DNA of 64,000 bases, taken from Hypanus sabinus. Taxonomy: Eukaryota. Of the stretch, positions 1-12,815 are shown one piece after another. Under the pieces are notes generated by a model that saw only the letters and a list, made by a program, of their open reading frames with translations, did not search any database and was not told the DNA's origin. Location: assembly GCF_030144855.1 (NCBI RefSeq), contig NW_026780602.1:372001-436000 (forward strand), in the 5' to 3' direction. Position numbers and translations under genes: made by a program. The first letter of the stretch is position 1, and each line of letters starts with the position of its first letter.

Positions 1-365
1 CCACTATCCTGTGTTCTTCCAGCTCCAGCCCAAACTATGCTCCATAATTCAGCCCCTTCCCACCTACATTCGCGAAGCTTCCTGTGCTCTCGATCAACTC
101 ACAAGCTTTCGATTCCCTGGCCCCGACCGTCGCATTTTCTCCATGGCTTTCCGGTCCCTCATCAAGAGGGCCTTAACACTCTCCACATTTCGAAAGGAAA
201 CCACCAACCAGTTCCCCTCTATCATCACCACCCTCCGTCTGGCAGAACCGGTCCTCACCTCAACAGTTTCTCCTTCGGCTCCTCCCGCTTACTCCAAATT
301 CAATGTGTCGCCATGGACACCCGCATGTGTCCCATATATTTCTCCCTTTTCATTGCCTAAGTAAA
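1..365 (+). mobile_element. Penelope-like element RT fragment (decayed)
   Basis: Frames give IIQPLPTYIRE..FRFPGPDRRIF..NQFPSIITTLRLAEPVLT and FSFGSSRLLQIQCVAMDTRMCP, collinear with the Penelope RT at 31325-32392 (-). Confidence 0.8.
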
Positions 366-559
366 TCAATCTACCAAACCAATGTACCAATCCTTCCCCG
401 GTAACTCACCCCAACTGCGTCGACCAATGTATTGCTGCCACTTCCTGCATTCACACTGAGCTCGACAATGTCAACCACTTCGCCTCCAGCTTCCACCCCG
501 CCCGTGAACGTCCCACTCAATGCAAGCAAAGCAAATGGAGAAGAAACCAGAGGTCCAAG

Positions 560-890
560 AGCCAGTCCTCATCGGAGGATCAGTGAGGGTGAGCAACTTC
601 AAATCCCCGGGTGTTCCTATTTCAGAGGGTTTGCCCCGGACCCATCACAAGTGCAAATGCGAAGGAAGCACGGCGGCGCCTTTGGTTTCGTCGGAGTTTG
701 CGGAGATCGGCTGGACAGCTGGAAACTTGACACATTTCTGTAAATGTGATACCGAGTGTATCGACTGGCTGCCTCATAGCTTGGTATGGGAACATGAATG
801 TCATTGAACGTAAGTTCCTACAGACTCTGGTGGGTTCGGCCCAGTACATGTCCGGTAAAGCTCTCCCACCATTGAGCACATCTGTCTTTA
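560..890 (+). mobile_element. Rex1/Babar LINE C-terminal fragment
   Basis: VRVSNFK..GV and SVSTGCLIAWYGN..ERKFLQ..VGSAQY..GKALP are typical Rex1 ORF C-terminal motifs. Confidence 0.6.
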
Positions 891-1349
891 CGGACTTTGC
901 CATTGCTACTTGGTGGGTGGTGGGCGCTGAAGATTTTTGCTGAAACGTTGGGGGGTGGGGGGGCTATTGACTCCTTTGTTGTTGCTTGTGCTGCTTCATT
1001 ATTTCCCTCAACCCCCATTTTCCCGCCTTCTGCCTGTGACCTTTGATGCCCTGACTGATCAGAAACTTTTGCTATATAAAGAACCCAATTGGACCGCCTT
1101 TTCAGCCGTCCATAGCAATGAGTTCCCGAGATGGCAGAACTTTATCCTCATCTTTGTCCTAAAGGGGCGCCCTTGTATTCTGAGGTAGTGCCGTCTGGTC
1201 CTAGACTCCCTCCACTATGTGAATTATTCCCACCACATCCATACTCTCGCAGTCTTTCAATATTCTGTACTTGTCAATAATATGCACCCACATTTAATCA
1301 AACGCTTCTCATACGTAATCCCTTTAATTTCGGGATCATACCGTCCCAT

Positions 1350-2050
1350 TGCATCATCAATGGGGACAGGAGAGGTTCCGGAGGATTGGAGGGTTGCCAG
1401 ATGTTCTTCCCTTATTCAAGAAAGGGAGTAGAAATAGCCCAGGAAATTGTAGACCAATGAGGCTTAATTCAGTAGTTGGTAAGCTGATGGAAAAGATCCT
1501 GAGAGGCAGTATTTATTGACATTTGGAAAGGCACAATATCGTTAGGAATAGTCAGCATGGCTTTGTGAAAGGCAGGTCGTGCCTTACAAGCCTGATTGAA
1601 ATTTTTTGAGGATGTGACTAAACACATTGATGAAGGTAGAGCAGTAGATGTAGTGTATCTGGATTTCAGCAAGGCCTTTGATAAGGTACACCGTGCACGG
1701 CTTATTGAGAAAGTAAGGAGGCATGGGATCCAAAGGGGCATTGCTTTGTGGATCCAGAACAGGCTTGCCCACTGAAGGCAAAGAGTGGTTGTAGACGGGT
1801 CATATTCTGTATGGAGGCCGGTGACCAGTGGAGTGCCTCAGTGATCTGTTCTGGGACCCCAAGTCTTTGTGATTTTTATAGATGACCTGGATGAGGAAGT
1901 GGAGGGATGGGTTAGTAAATTTGATGATGGCACAAAGGTTGGGTGTGCTGTGAATAGTGTTGGGGTCTGTCAGAGGTTACAATGGGACATTGATGAGATG
2001 CAAAACTGGGCTGAGAAGTGGCAAATGGAGTTCAAACCAGATAAGCGTGA
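1350..2050 (+). mobile_element. CR1 LINE reverse transcriptase fragment (stops/frameshifts)
   Basis: TGEVPEDWRVA, SQHGFVKGRSCLT, VDVVYLDFSKAFDKV, VTSGVPQ, FIDDLDEEVEGWVSKFDDGTK, WAEKWQMEF. Confidence 0.9.
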
Positions 2051-3379
2051 GGGGATATTGTCGGAAGTGCGCTCTGTGACGTTCAGCCGGTAAGGAGCTC
2101 CACTCCGGATTTGCTGTCCGTGCTAATCCCATAGCGTTCGTCTCTCCCGAGGATGCCCATAGGGATCTGTACACGAGCACCAGGACGCGTCCACGCACCG
2201 GTGGTCCTGTGATCTACGTGTACAGGAGCCAGACGTCCTCCCTGCACTTTGTAGTTCAGCCTGCGTCCAAAAGTAATTCAGTTTGCCTGCGTCGCCAGCG
2301 AGTAGACACTACATGAGGCTTTCTGTCGGAGAGGCTATGCGCTGGCAGGGAGAGAATTACACGTTTAGCTCTCCTTTTCTCTTCGCCGAAAGTGAGAGCC
2401 ACAAACACTACCCACTATACTATCTCACTAGACGCATCACAACAAACATATTGACGTCTATCTGTGACCGTCGTGAATGTCATCCCTCGGCGTCCTATGC
2501 AGCAAGGAGAAATCTCTCAGCTTACACAAACTATCCTTATATAATAATCGAGTTTTCAAAGAAATATTCTCATGAAACTTTCCCGGTATGTTTCCACTCT
2601 TGGCATCCTTCCTATGCCTTTTCTACGTGTATAACCGGTTTCAGCGAATATGCATCCTTCGGCTTGGTTATCCGATTCTGCTATATTCCCAGTGTCCTGC
2701 CATTTACTATGCAAGAACTGCCCTGCCTTAACTTTACATAGTGCTATATTTTGACAAATTAAATTCCACCTGCCAATCCTTGACCACTTTCTAAGTTGGT
2801 CTATCCGCTTCATTGTCCAAGACACCACCGATACTGATGTCATTTACAAATTTAGGAACCACCTGATTACCTCAAATTAGCCTCTGCCTGTCTAAATGCT
2901 GACAGATCCCAACACCCGCATCCCCTCCTGTAACTCTTCCCCCAACGCTGTTAGACTCAACGGCCTGCATTTATACATCGTTGTTCCATTTGCTGTACAG
3001 ATCAAAGACAGGTCGTATTTAACCATGATCTGCGAGCTGATGCGTTTTGTAGGCAAAAGTAAGAGAGGCATGTCTACATTATTGATAAGTTTTTAGCGAC
3101 TTTGAGATTTGTTTATAAATCCAAATATCCACGATGGCACTGGCGATACACGCGACGTATTGCCGACAGCTCGCAAAATGTCTGGATGTATTTCATTTGA
3201 ACCACTGTCGCTGCAATCTGAAACCCCTAATTTCCCGTTAAGAAACGTACTGTTGAGCTGTCTAAGTTAATCGGCAGTGTAACGAGCTGCTGCAGGACCA
3301 GGTGGACTTGACTCTCGGGATTTCAGGTGCGGCACCTTTCAGCGAACAGCAAAGGTCAGCCATTACCATTGCCGGAAAA

Positions 3380-4340
3380 GAGGTCGGTTCGGAAGTCTTC
3401 AAGCCAGACTAAATCGCCGGGCTATGAAGCATCCTCTACCCGGCATCTTCTTAGCCAAAGGCCAATAACTTGAAAACAAGATGCATTACGTCAGCGCAAC
3501 ATTGCAGTTTCGGTGGGAAATGAGGGGCTGCTGTCTTCTCTGTTTCATGGAGACATGGCTCAGTTCGGTGGAACAGCCGGAAGGCTTCTCAATCCACCGT
3601 TCGGAGAAGATAAGAAGGTATTGTGGTGCTGGGGGGGGGGGTGGTTGGAACGGCGGTGTTGTTTCATGACTAACTCTTCATGCTCTCCGTACATAGCGGT
3701 CTTGCCGCACCCTTGTTCGCCCAATCACAACACCCAATGATTGAGTTCTGTCGGTGCTGCTCACCGAGAGGTTCTCCTCATTGATCCGGACGGCACTTCA
3801 CATACCGCCAGAGCAGATGTTAAGCAAGCAAACCATGTACTGAGTGCCGCGGGCAGCAAACAAGGAACTGCCTACCCTGAGGACTTTCAATTCATTGCGG
3901 GGTTTCTATCAGGCTTATTTAATGAAATCTAGGCTTATTTGTCATCAGCACATCATCCTCAGTACCAGGGGCTCCCGCACACTCGACCACTGTTAGAGCA
4001 CGATCAGGAAAGCCTACCATTCCACCCACAGACCATATTTCGGGCATTCTGAACGTATGGTTTTCTTTCTCCTACCTTCATCCAGGCGGAGGGTGAGGAA
4101 CAAGACTCCAGATGTATCGGCAACAATGTCCCGGGAATTGGGGGCCGACTACTGAATTGCTTCGAGGCGATAGACAGAAACAAAAATGACCCGGGGCTCA
4201 TAAGAGAATCTGAATGTCACCATCTTTATAAAGACACTGGAGAACGAGTGTTTCCCACTGATTCATTCAGAGTCCAGAGTGTTTCTTAACCTGAAGCATT
4301 GGGTGAGCACGCGGTCTGCAAAGTGCTGAGCAGTAGATTC
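3380..4340 (+). mobile_element. Rex1/Babar LINE APE endonuclease region, decayed (copy at ~10100-10950)
   Basis: LQARLNRRAMKHPLPGIFLA..LENKM..LQFRWEMRGCCLLCFMETWL resembles the Rex1 endonuclease N-terminus. Confidence 0.7.
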
Positions 4341-4446
4341 GTGACATTATTTATCACATTTATTCATTATTATTCATCTATAGGTTTCATTTCATATTTT
4401 GCTGGTTTGGTAGTTGTCTACTGCTTTAGTCAGAACTTTATCATCT

Positions 4447-4518
4447 TCCCTGGTGGTTTAGTGGTTAGGATTCGGCGCTCTCACCGCCGCGGCCCGGGTT
4501 CGATTCCCGGTCAGGGAA
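4447..4518 (+). tRNA. tRNA-Glu-CTC: tRNA-Glu(CTC)
   Basis: TCCCTGGTGGTTTAGTGGTTAGGATTCGGCGCTCTCACCGCCGCGGCCCGGGTTCGATTCCCGGTCAGGGAA; matches the vertebrate consensus except C12>T (wobble pair kept); T-runs ~30 nt downstream. Confidence 0.95.
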
Positions 4519-6163
4519 ATAAGATATTGCCTGCTGTAATTTAATGTGTTTATTTTAAATTATTTTGTGTATTAACTTGCTTCCACAACAACCCGATTCC
4601 TGTCTATGCTTAACCTGCATCCGCCTGATTCAGCACCATAAAATCACAAAATACGTGAGCAGAACATGACATTGAGAAAAATATCGCAGGTGCTGTCTCA
4701 ATAAAGCTGGAAATAACTGTGCGAGGTCTTACAGACAATAACTTGCAATCGATACAATGTAGGTTTGAACTTCTTCACTGCTCACTGCAACTCAATCCAC
4801 TCAGAGATGCTGTCTCTCTGTAGAAGCGGGTGACCATACATTTCCCATATTGGACTCTGGTCCTACTCACTCAGTTTGCCGACATCACCTTGACTCATTT
4901 GCACGGGGTCATCACTGCTCAATTCTCAGTGAGTATTGTCAGGTCCAGTCGGGTTTATTGCCGTGTGCACAGGGACGGTGAGGGACAGGTACAATGAAAC
5001 ACTTGCAGCATCTTTGCAGGCTCGAAAAGACAGACAGTACGCAAAACATATATTGTACAATTCTGCATCATTAACAAAAGATGGATATCAATCTTGTGCC
5101 AGTTTCAGCCTTGGAAATGATTCCTCAGGCAAACTGATGTCATAGATTGCGAACTATTATATCCACGGGAGAGCATCCAGGCCCAACAAAGGCCTGTGTA
5201 TTCCTTTTCTTTAAACAGACAGACAACAGAAAGAAGGGAAGTGTCCAATTCTTTTCAGCCAGCCTTGGCATTCAATAAGATCAGGCTGGCCGAGACTTTT
5301 TCTCAATCCTCCCCCCCCCCCCGCCATACAGCAGTTGCCGGTCAAAAGTCGGCCAGTCACCTCCACCAAATCTTCTACCGTCTCCCCAGGTGAGAGGAGA
5401 TAAACTTCAGTCGCCCGCCTTTATTTCAACGCCCTGACAGCGCCCCCAGCTTCGATCAGAAACATATTGATAATAATGTTATATAATGGGACATTGTACT
5501 GAGTTTTGCTCGGTATGGACTTGATTTTGTGGATGCAGAAGCAGTCAGAGTCTCTGGGAGGGAACAACACTTGGTGAAACCCTTTCCGCAACTGGATAAC
5601 ACGTTGGATTGACATCTGCATACACGAATGGGAGCTAGGTAGGTTGCACATCATTTGACGAGATTTGTTGATGTCGGACAATTACACCGCTCAGTGACGA
5701 TTGGCGAGGGTGATTTTGACGGAAGGTCAGCGAAACGATTTGTCTATGGCAATAGGCGGGGTCGCTCGCTGGACAAAAGAGCAATGGGGAGTCTGTACAA
5801 TGAGGGATATGAAACCGGCGAAAGCTTTACACGTTCAGAGACCGTGCTGCCCACTTCAGTAAAAGGATGAAGTCCACTTCTTTACACTGACGCTGAAATA
5901 TCCGTTCTCTGCATTTGATTCTTTTAGTTTTACAAGTCGGTAAAGCTGCAAACTACAAAGCGTTTATGCTGCCCAGAGGGGGATTGGTCAGAGTCGCAAT
6001 AGAAATGAAAGTTGCACAATGTAGAAATGAAAGTTGCACAATGAGTGTAAAAATCTATAAATCTGCCGGCTGGTACGTAGTTGTCAAATGTACACAGACA
6101 GCAGCCAGGATGTTAAATTTGTATTGGCAGTGAGGTTTCTATTCCCTGGCGCTGCAGTTTGAG

Positions 6164-6246
6164 CGCTGCAAACAGGATTCGAACATGGCGCGGAAAATCC
6201 CCATTGGATTTCAAGTCCAACGCCTTAACCACTCCGCCATCGCAGC
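6164..6246 (-). pseudogene. tRNA-Ser-TGA: tRNA-Ser(TGA) pseudogene
   Basis: Reverse complement GCTGCGATGGCGGAGTGGTTAAGGCGTTGGACTTGAAATCCAATGGGG...GTTCGAATCCTGTTTGCAGCG; D-stem mismatch and disrupted T-stem with an extra base. Confidence 0.8.
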
Positions 6247-6903
6247 TCCATTAATGTTCATTGCACCCACCGTAGCACTACAACTGAAGTGATGGTTGTA
6301 CTTATTTTCGGTAATGGAAAAGGTGATTCATCATTCCAATACAAATAGTATAATTCGACAGCTTTAGAATTTGTTTCAACACAGTTACGTCAGAACGTGA
6401 ATGTGGAGCGATAACACTGCCTTCAGTATCGTAACTGAATGAGATTTCCATTGTTGGGGATAAAGGTTGGGATCAGAATCAGGTTTATAATGACGGGCAT
6501 ATGTCAACATTACATTGTTGCTTATATATTCTACCCCTCCTGAACCGAATTTTAAAATTGCATTTGCCTTCCTTTACCGCTGACTAAGCCTGGAAGTAAA
6601 CATTTAGGGAATATTGCACAAGGTCTCTGCACCTCTGATTTCAGAAAACCTTCCCCGTTTAGAGAATTTTTTATCCTTTCTTCCAAGGTGCATCACCGTA
6701 CCGCACGATGATCTATTTGACAAATCTCCTCCCGTTCTCCTCAACTGTCTTTGACCTTCAAACTACTTGGAATCTTTTGAGTTATCTAACACGTTGAAGT
6801 CAGGCTACCTTTCTTTTATTGTCCTTTCTTCAGCCTAACTTCCTCTCTTTCAGAGTGGAGTGACAGTCATAATTCTCCAGTCATCAGCATCTATTCTCGA
6901 ATA

Positions 6904-7585
6904 TCAAGTCAAGTCACTTTTATTTTCATTTCGACCATAACTGCTGGTACAGTACATAGTAAAAATGAGACTACTTTTTGAGGACCATGGTGTTACATAA
7001 CACAGTACAAAAAAACTGGAGTGAACTACGTAAAAAGCAACACAGAATAGAACTACACGAGACTACAGACCTACCCAGGACAGCATGAAGTACACAAAAC
7101 AGTACAGGCATTACATTAAATAATAAACAAGACAATAGGGCAGTAAGGTGTCAGTCCAGGCTCTGTGTATTGAGGAGTCTGATAGCTTGGGGGGAAGAAA
7201 CTGTTACATCCTCTGGTCGCGAGAGCCCGAATGCTCCGGTACCTTTTTCCCAAACGGCAGGAGGGAGAAAAGTTTGTAGGAGCGGTGCTTGTGGTCCTTC
7301 ATATTGCTGGTTCCTTTGTGGATGGAGCGTGTAGTGTAAATGTCCGTAATGGCGGGAAGAGAGACCCCGATAATCTTCTCAGCTGACCTCACTATCCGCT
7401 ACAGGGCCTTGCAATCATTTTTGGTTCAGTTTCCGAACCAGGTAGTGATGCAGCTGCTCAGGATGCTCTCAATACAACCCCTGTAGAATGTGCTGAGGAT
7501 GGGGGGAGGTGGGAAATGGACTTTCCTCAGCCTTCGCAGAACGTAGAGACGCTGCTGGGCTTTCTTTGCTATGGAGCTGTTGTAT
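6904..7585 (-). mobile_element. Rex1/Babar LINE 3' end (copy at ~13466-14142)
   Basis: RSAEKIIGVSLPAITDIYTTR..KDHKHRSYKLFSLLP C-terminus, AT-rich 3'UTR with AATAAA and (TTGAC)n tail. Confidence 0.8.
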
Positions 7586-8099
7586 GTAAATAATGATACG
7601 TGAAGGAGTGCCTACAGAAACTCTCCAGTTACCACTTTCAGGACCATGGGGTGTAGTCCAACTGGTCCCGATGACATCTAATTTTTGTCCTTTCAGCTTC
7701 ACGGGCACCTTCTCCAGGTGATAACATCCACTCTCACTGATGCCCTCTGACACGTGTTTCTCGCTGCCTGCCATTATGCTGGCGTCTTCCACAGAGCAGC
7801 CTGGCGCAAAATATTCATTCAGTTCGTCCCTTTTCTTTTCCCCCCATTACTGCTTCTTCCGCGTCATTTTCCAGCTTTCTGATACCCACACTCGCATCCC
7901 TTTTAATATTCATATGTCTGAACAGCGGTATTTTCTCCAGTATTGGCCAGTTTTGAAAGCGTCCCAAACCTCCGGCTTCCCTCTAATGCTTGCTACATTA
8001 TAAACCCTCACTTTTGCTTTTATGCTGTCTTTACTTTCTGGTATCAGCCATGGTTGCCTCATCCGCCCTTTCCAATATTTATTCTTATTTAGGATGCAC

Positions 8100-9337
8100 C
8101 TTTCCCATTAACCCGTAAAACACCAACCATTGTGGATTTTCTCTCAGCCATGCTAGTGCCCCTTTCCAATCCACCTGGCCCGCTCCAGACTTGGGTCGCC
8201 GTTCTTTTCTGCCAGTAACAGGGTCGAGGACTATCATCGTCCCTGTTTTTATTTCTGCGAGTGACGGGTTCGAAGACAGTTCTGGTCCCTGAGTTCTTTA
8301 TTCTGCGAGTGTGTCTGATCATAAGACCCTGGGGCACAATCAGACCGCCAAGCGATTGAAATCCCGCCGGGCCCGTTGGCCATTGTTCTTTGGACGGTTC
8401 AAGTTTACCCTCATGTACCTTCCAGGATCCAAGGACGGGAAGTCGGTCGCGCTTTCCCGCCAGCATGACTCCACGGATATCACCTCCATTCCCGAGACGA
8501 TCCTCCCACCATCCTGAGTGTGGCCACCCTCACTTGGGAGATCCAGGCTAAGGTAAAGGAAGCCCAGCGGGACGAATCGGCCCCTGGCAATGGACCCGGC
8601 GATCGCCTGTACGTGCCTGTCTCCGTCAGGTCTCAGGTTCTCCAATGGGGGCACACATCCCGGTTCACCTGACACCCCGGGAGTGATCGGACCCTGGTAA
8701 CGGACCCGGCGATCGCCTGTACGTGCCTGTCTCCGTCAGGTCTCAGGTTCTCCAATGGGGGCAGACATCCCGGTTCACCTGCCACCCCGGGAGTGATCGG
8801 ACCCTGGTAACGGACCCGGCGATCGCCTGTACGTGCCTGTCTCCGTCAGGTCTCAGGTTCTCCAATGCGGGCACACATCCCGGTTCACCTGACACCCCGG
8901 GAGTGATCGGACCCTGGTAATGGACCCGGCGATCGCCTGTACGTGCCTGTCTCCGTCAGGTCTCAGGTTCTCCAATGGGGTCACACATCCCGGTTCACCT
9001 GCCACCCCGGGAGTGATCGGACCCTGGTAACGGACCCGGCGATCGCCTGTACGTGCCGGTCTCCGTCAGGTCTCAGGTTCACCAATGGGGGCACACATCC
9101 CGGTTCACCTGCCACCCCGGGAGTGATCGGACCCTGGTAACGGACCCGGCGATCGCCTGCCTGTACGTGCCTGTCTCCGTCAGGTCTCAGGTTCTCCAAT
9201 GCGGGCACACATCCCGGTTCACCTGACACCCCGGGAGTGATCGGACCCTGGTAACGGACCCGGCGATCGCCTGTACGTGCCGGTCTCCGTCAGGTCTCAG
9301 GTTCTCCAATGGGGGCACACATCCCGGTTCACCTGAC
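8100..9337 (+). mobile_element. Ty3/Gypsy pol fragment (RNase H end and integrase Zn-binding region)
   Basis: SDHKTL..TAKRLKSRRARWPLFFGRFKFTLMYLPGSK..ALSRQ; [25 protein letters not shown]. Confidence 0.85.
8591..9337 (+). repeat. 110-bp minisatellite, ~6.75 copies, derived from Gypsy integrase sequence
   Basis: Units start 8591, 8701, 8811, 8921, 9031, 9141 (+4 bp), 9255; near-identical. Confidence 0.97.
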
Positions 9338-9339
9338 AT

Positions 9340-9870
9340 CGTGCCCTATTTCTCATTGTGTCGGACCAGCCAGGGTCCAGGACTGTGTGTGTTAAATCCG
9401 ATCTGACAATTTTCAACCCGTTTTTCCAGCTGGTCCAGATCCCGCTTTATGCTCCGGTACTCTTCCCCCGCTGTCCACTAACATCGGCAAATTTGCTGAT
9501 CCATTTAACGACATTATTATCCAGATAGGGATATGGATGACAAGGAACAAGGGGCACAGCAACGATCCCTGGGATACTCCACTCATTACAGGTCCTCAGT
9601 TAGAAAGACAATCATCCATTACCACACTCTAGCTTCCCCAACGTATCCAATGGCGAATCCAATTTACTTCCTCATTGTGAAAGCCAAGCGACTGATCCTT
9701 CCCGAGCATCCTCCCACACGGAGCCTTGCAAATTCCTTGCCGAAGTTCCTGTAGACGGCATCCACAGCTTTGCCTTCAACACCATTCCAGATTACTACCT
9801 GTAAAGCTCTGTGAGATTGGTTAGACATGATCTACTGCGCACTGGTCCATATTGTCTATCGCTAATATTC
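9340..9870 (-). mobile_element. CR1 LINE RT fragment
   Basis: Reverse complement of CR1 RT segments (gcaaatttgctgat, tccacagctttgccttc). Confidence 0.6.
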
Positions 9871-11074
9871 CTGTTCCTGATCGGAGGCTGGTGAAAGAAT
9901 TTCGATGGGGAGAGAGATCGGTGTCAGGTGTTTGGTGTCGGGAGAATGCAGGAGGGGGATAGAATGGAGAGAGATGAAGTGCCGAGTGATGCATTTTGTA
10001 GGCTCCAGTAAGAGCGGGATGTCTGCATTATTGATGAGGCTTTAGGAATGTTGAGATTTGTTTATAAATCCAAAGATTCACGATGGCACTGGCGATTGGG
10101 GTCGGTTCGGAAGACTTCAAGCCAGACTAAATCGACGGGCGATGAAGCATCCCCTGCCCGGCATCTTCTTAGCCAAAGGCCAATTACTTGAAAACAAGAT
10201 GCATAACGTCAGCGCAACATTGCAGTTTCGGAGGGAGGTGAGGGGCTGCTGTCCTTTCTGTTTCATGTAGTGTGGAACGGCTGTGTTGTTTCATGACTAA
10301 CTCTTCATGCTGTCCGTACATAGCGGTCTTGCCGCACCCCTGTTCCCCCAATCACAACATCCAATGATTGAGTTCTGTCGGTGCTGCTTACCGAGAGGTT
10401 CTCCTCATTGATCCGGACGGCATTTCACATACCGCCAGAGCAGATGTTAAGCAAGCATACCATGTACTGAGTGCCGCGACCAGCAAAGAAGGAACTGCCT
10501 ACCCTGAGGACTTTCAAATCATTGCCGGGGTTTCTATCAGGCTTGTTTAAAGAAATCTAAGCTAATTTGTCACCAGCACATCATCCTCAGTACCAGGGGC
10601 TCCCGCACACTCGACCACGGTTAGAGCACGATCAAAAAGCCCAGCATTCCATCCCCAGACCATATTTCGTGCATTCTGAACGTCTGGGTTTCTTTCTCCT
10701 ACCTGCACCCAGGCGGAGGGTAAGGAACAAGACACCGGATGTATCGGCAACAATGCCACGGGAATCGGAGGGCAGAGTACTGAATTGCTTCGAGGCGATG
10801 GACAGAAACAAAAAGGAACCAGGGCTCATAAGAGAATCTGAATGTTACCATCTTTATAAAGACACTGGAGAACGAGTGTTTCCCACTGATTCATTCAGAG
10901 TCCAGAGTGTTTCTTAAACTGAAGCATTGGGTGAGCACGCGGTCTGCAAAGTGCTGAGCAGTAGATTCGTGACAATATTTATCACATTTATTCATTATTA
11001 TTCGTCTTTAGGTTTTGTTTCATATTTTGCAGGTTTTGTAGTAATCTACTGTTGTAATCAGAACTTTATCAGCC

Positions 11075-11146
11075 TCCCTGGTGGTCTAGTGGTTAGGATT
11101 CGGCGCTCTCACCGCCGCGGCCCGGTTTCGATTCCCGGTCAGGGAA
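11075..11146 (+). tRNA. tRNA-Glu-CTC: tRNA-Glu(CTC), G53>T variant (possibly non-functional)
   Basis: Consensus Glu-CTC except CCCGGTTTCGA in place of CCCGGGTTCGA (T-stem/B-box G53). Confidence 0.85.
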
Positions 11147-12733
11147 TTAAAATATTGCCTGTTTATTTAATGTGTTTGTTTTAAATTATTTTGTGTATTA
11201 ACTTGCTTCCACAAGAACCCGATTCCTGTCTATGCTTAACCTGCATCCGCCTGATTCAGCACCATAAAACCACAAAATATACGAGCAGAACATGGCATTG
11301 AAAAAAATATCGCAGGTGCAGTCTCAATAAAGCTGGAAATAACTGTGCGAGGTCTTACAGACAATAACTTGCAATCGATACAATGTAGGTTTGATCTTCT
11401 TCACTCCTCACTGCAACTCAATCCACTCAGAGACGCTGTCTCTCTGTAGAAGAGGGTGACCATACATTTCCCATATTGGACTCTGGTCCTACTCACTCAG
11501 TTTTCCGACATCACCTGGACTCATCTGCACGGGGTCATCACTGCTCAAATCTGGGCCAGGTCCAGTCGGGTTTATTGCCGTGTGCACAGGCACAGTGAGG
11601 GACAGGTACAATGAAACACTTGCATCATCACTGCAGGCTCGAAGAAACAGACAATATGCAGAACATAAATTGTACAATTCTGCATCATTAACAAAAGATG
11701 GATATCAATCTTGTGCCAGTTTCAGGCTTGGAAATGATTCCTCAGGCAAACTGATGACATAGATTGCGAACTATTATATCCACGGGAGAGCATCCAGGCC
11801 CAAGAAAGGCTGTTTATTCCTTTTCTTTAAACAGACAGACAACAGAAAGAAGGGAAGTGTCTAGTCCTTTTCAGCCAGCCTTGGCATTCAATAAGATCAG
11901 GCTGGCCCAGACTTTTTTCTCAATCCTCCCTCCCCCCTCCCATACAGCAGTTGCCGGTCAAAAGTCGGCCGGTCACCTCCACCAAATCTTCGACCGTCTC
12001 CCCAGGTGAGAGGAGATAAACTTCTGCCTCCGGCCTTTATTTCGACGCCCTGACAGCGCCCCCAGCTTCGATCAGAAGCCTATTGATATTAATGTTATAT
12101 AATAGGAAATTGTACTGAGCTTTGCTCGGTATTGACGGGATTTTGTGGAGGCAGAAGCAGTCAGAGTCTGAGGGAAGGAACAACTCTTGGTGAAACCCTT
12201 TCCGCTACTGGATAACACGTTGGATTGACATCTGCATACACGAATGGGAGCTAGGTAGGTTGCACGTCATTTGACGAGATTTGTTGATGTCGGGCAATTA
12301 CACCGCTCAGTGACAATTGGCGAGGGTGATTTTGACGGAAGGTCAGCGAACCGATTTGTCTATGGCAATAGGCGGGGTCGCTCGCTGGACAAAAGAGCAA
12401 TGGGGACTCTGTACAATGAGGGATATGAAACCGGCGAAAGCTTTTCACGTTCAGAGACCGTGCTGACCACTTCAGTGAAAGAATGAAGTCCACCTCTTTA
12501 CACTGACGCTGAAATATCCGTTCTCTGCATTTGATTCTTTTAGTTTTACAAGTCGGTAAAGCTGCAAACTACAAAGCGTTTAAGCTGCCCAGAGGGGGAT
12601 TGGTCAGAGTCGTAATAGAAATGAAATTTGCACAATGAGTGTAAAAATCTATAAATCTGCCGGCTGGTACGTAGTCAGGGTGTTAAACTTTTATTGGCAT
12701 TTAGGTTTTTATTCACTTGCGCTGATGTTTGAG

Positions 12734-12815
12734 CGCTGCAAACAGGATTCGAACCTGCGCGGCGAATCCCCTTTGGATTTCAAGTCCAACGCCTTAACCA
12801 CACGGCCATCGCAGC
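12734..12815 (-). tRNA. tRNA-Ser-TGA: tRNA-Ser(TGA), degenerate (A14>T, variable-arm mismatch)
   Basis: Reverse complement GCTGCGATGGCCGTGTGGTTAAGGCGTTGGACTTGAAATCCAAAGGGGATTCGCCGCGCAGGTTCGAATCCTGTTTGCAGCG; acceptor, anticodon and T stems pair. Confidence 0.8.

Larger units (their letters stand above)
3030..8100. repeat. Segmental/tandem duplication copy A (tRNA-Glu + tRNA-Ser unit)
   Basis: Collinear with ~9985-14690; tRNA-Glu offset 6628, tRNA-Ser offset 6570; many substitutions and indels. Confidence 0.9.

Noticed and set aside
2050-2350. CpG-rich segment interrupting the CR1
   Set aside because: Could not assign any protein or RNA family in six frames; left unannotated
4299-4544. ORFs containing GGLVVRIRRSHRRGPGSIPGQG (also 10927-11184, and similar ORFs at 12635-12862, 16563-16850)
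   Set aside because: Spurious translations through tRNA genes
8591-9337. CRISPR-like or coding repeat array
   Set aside because: No unique spacers; eukaryotic context; the unit is Gypsy integrase DNA and 110 bp breaks frame
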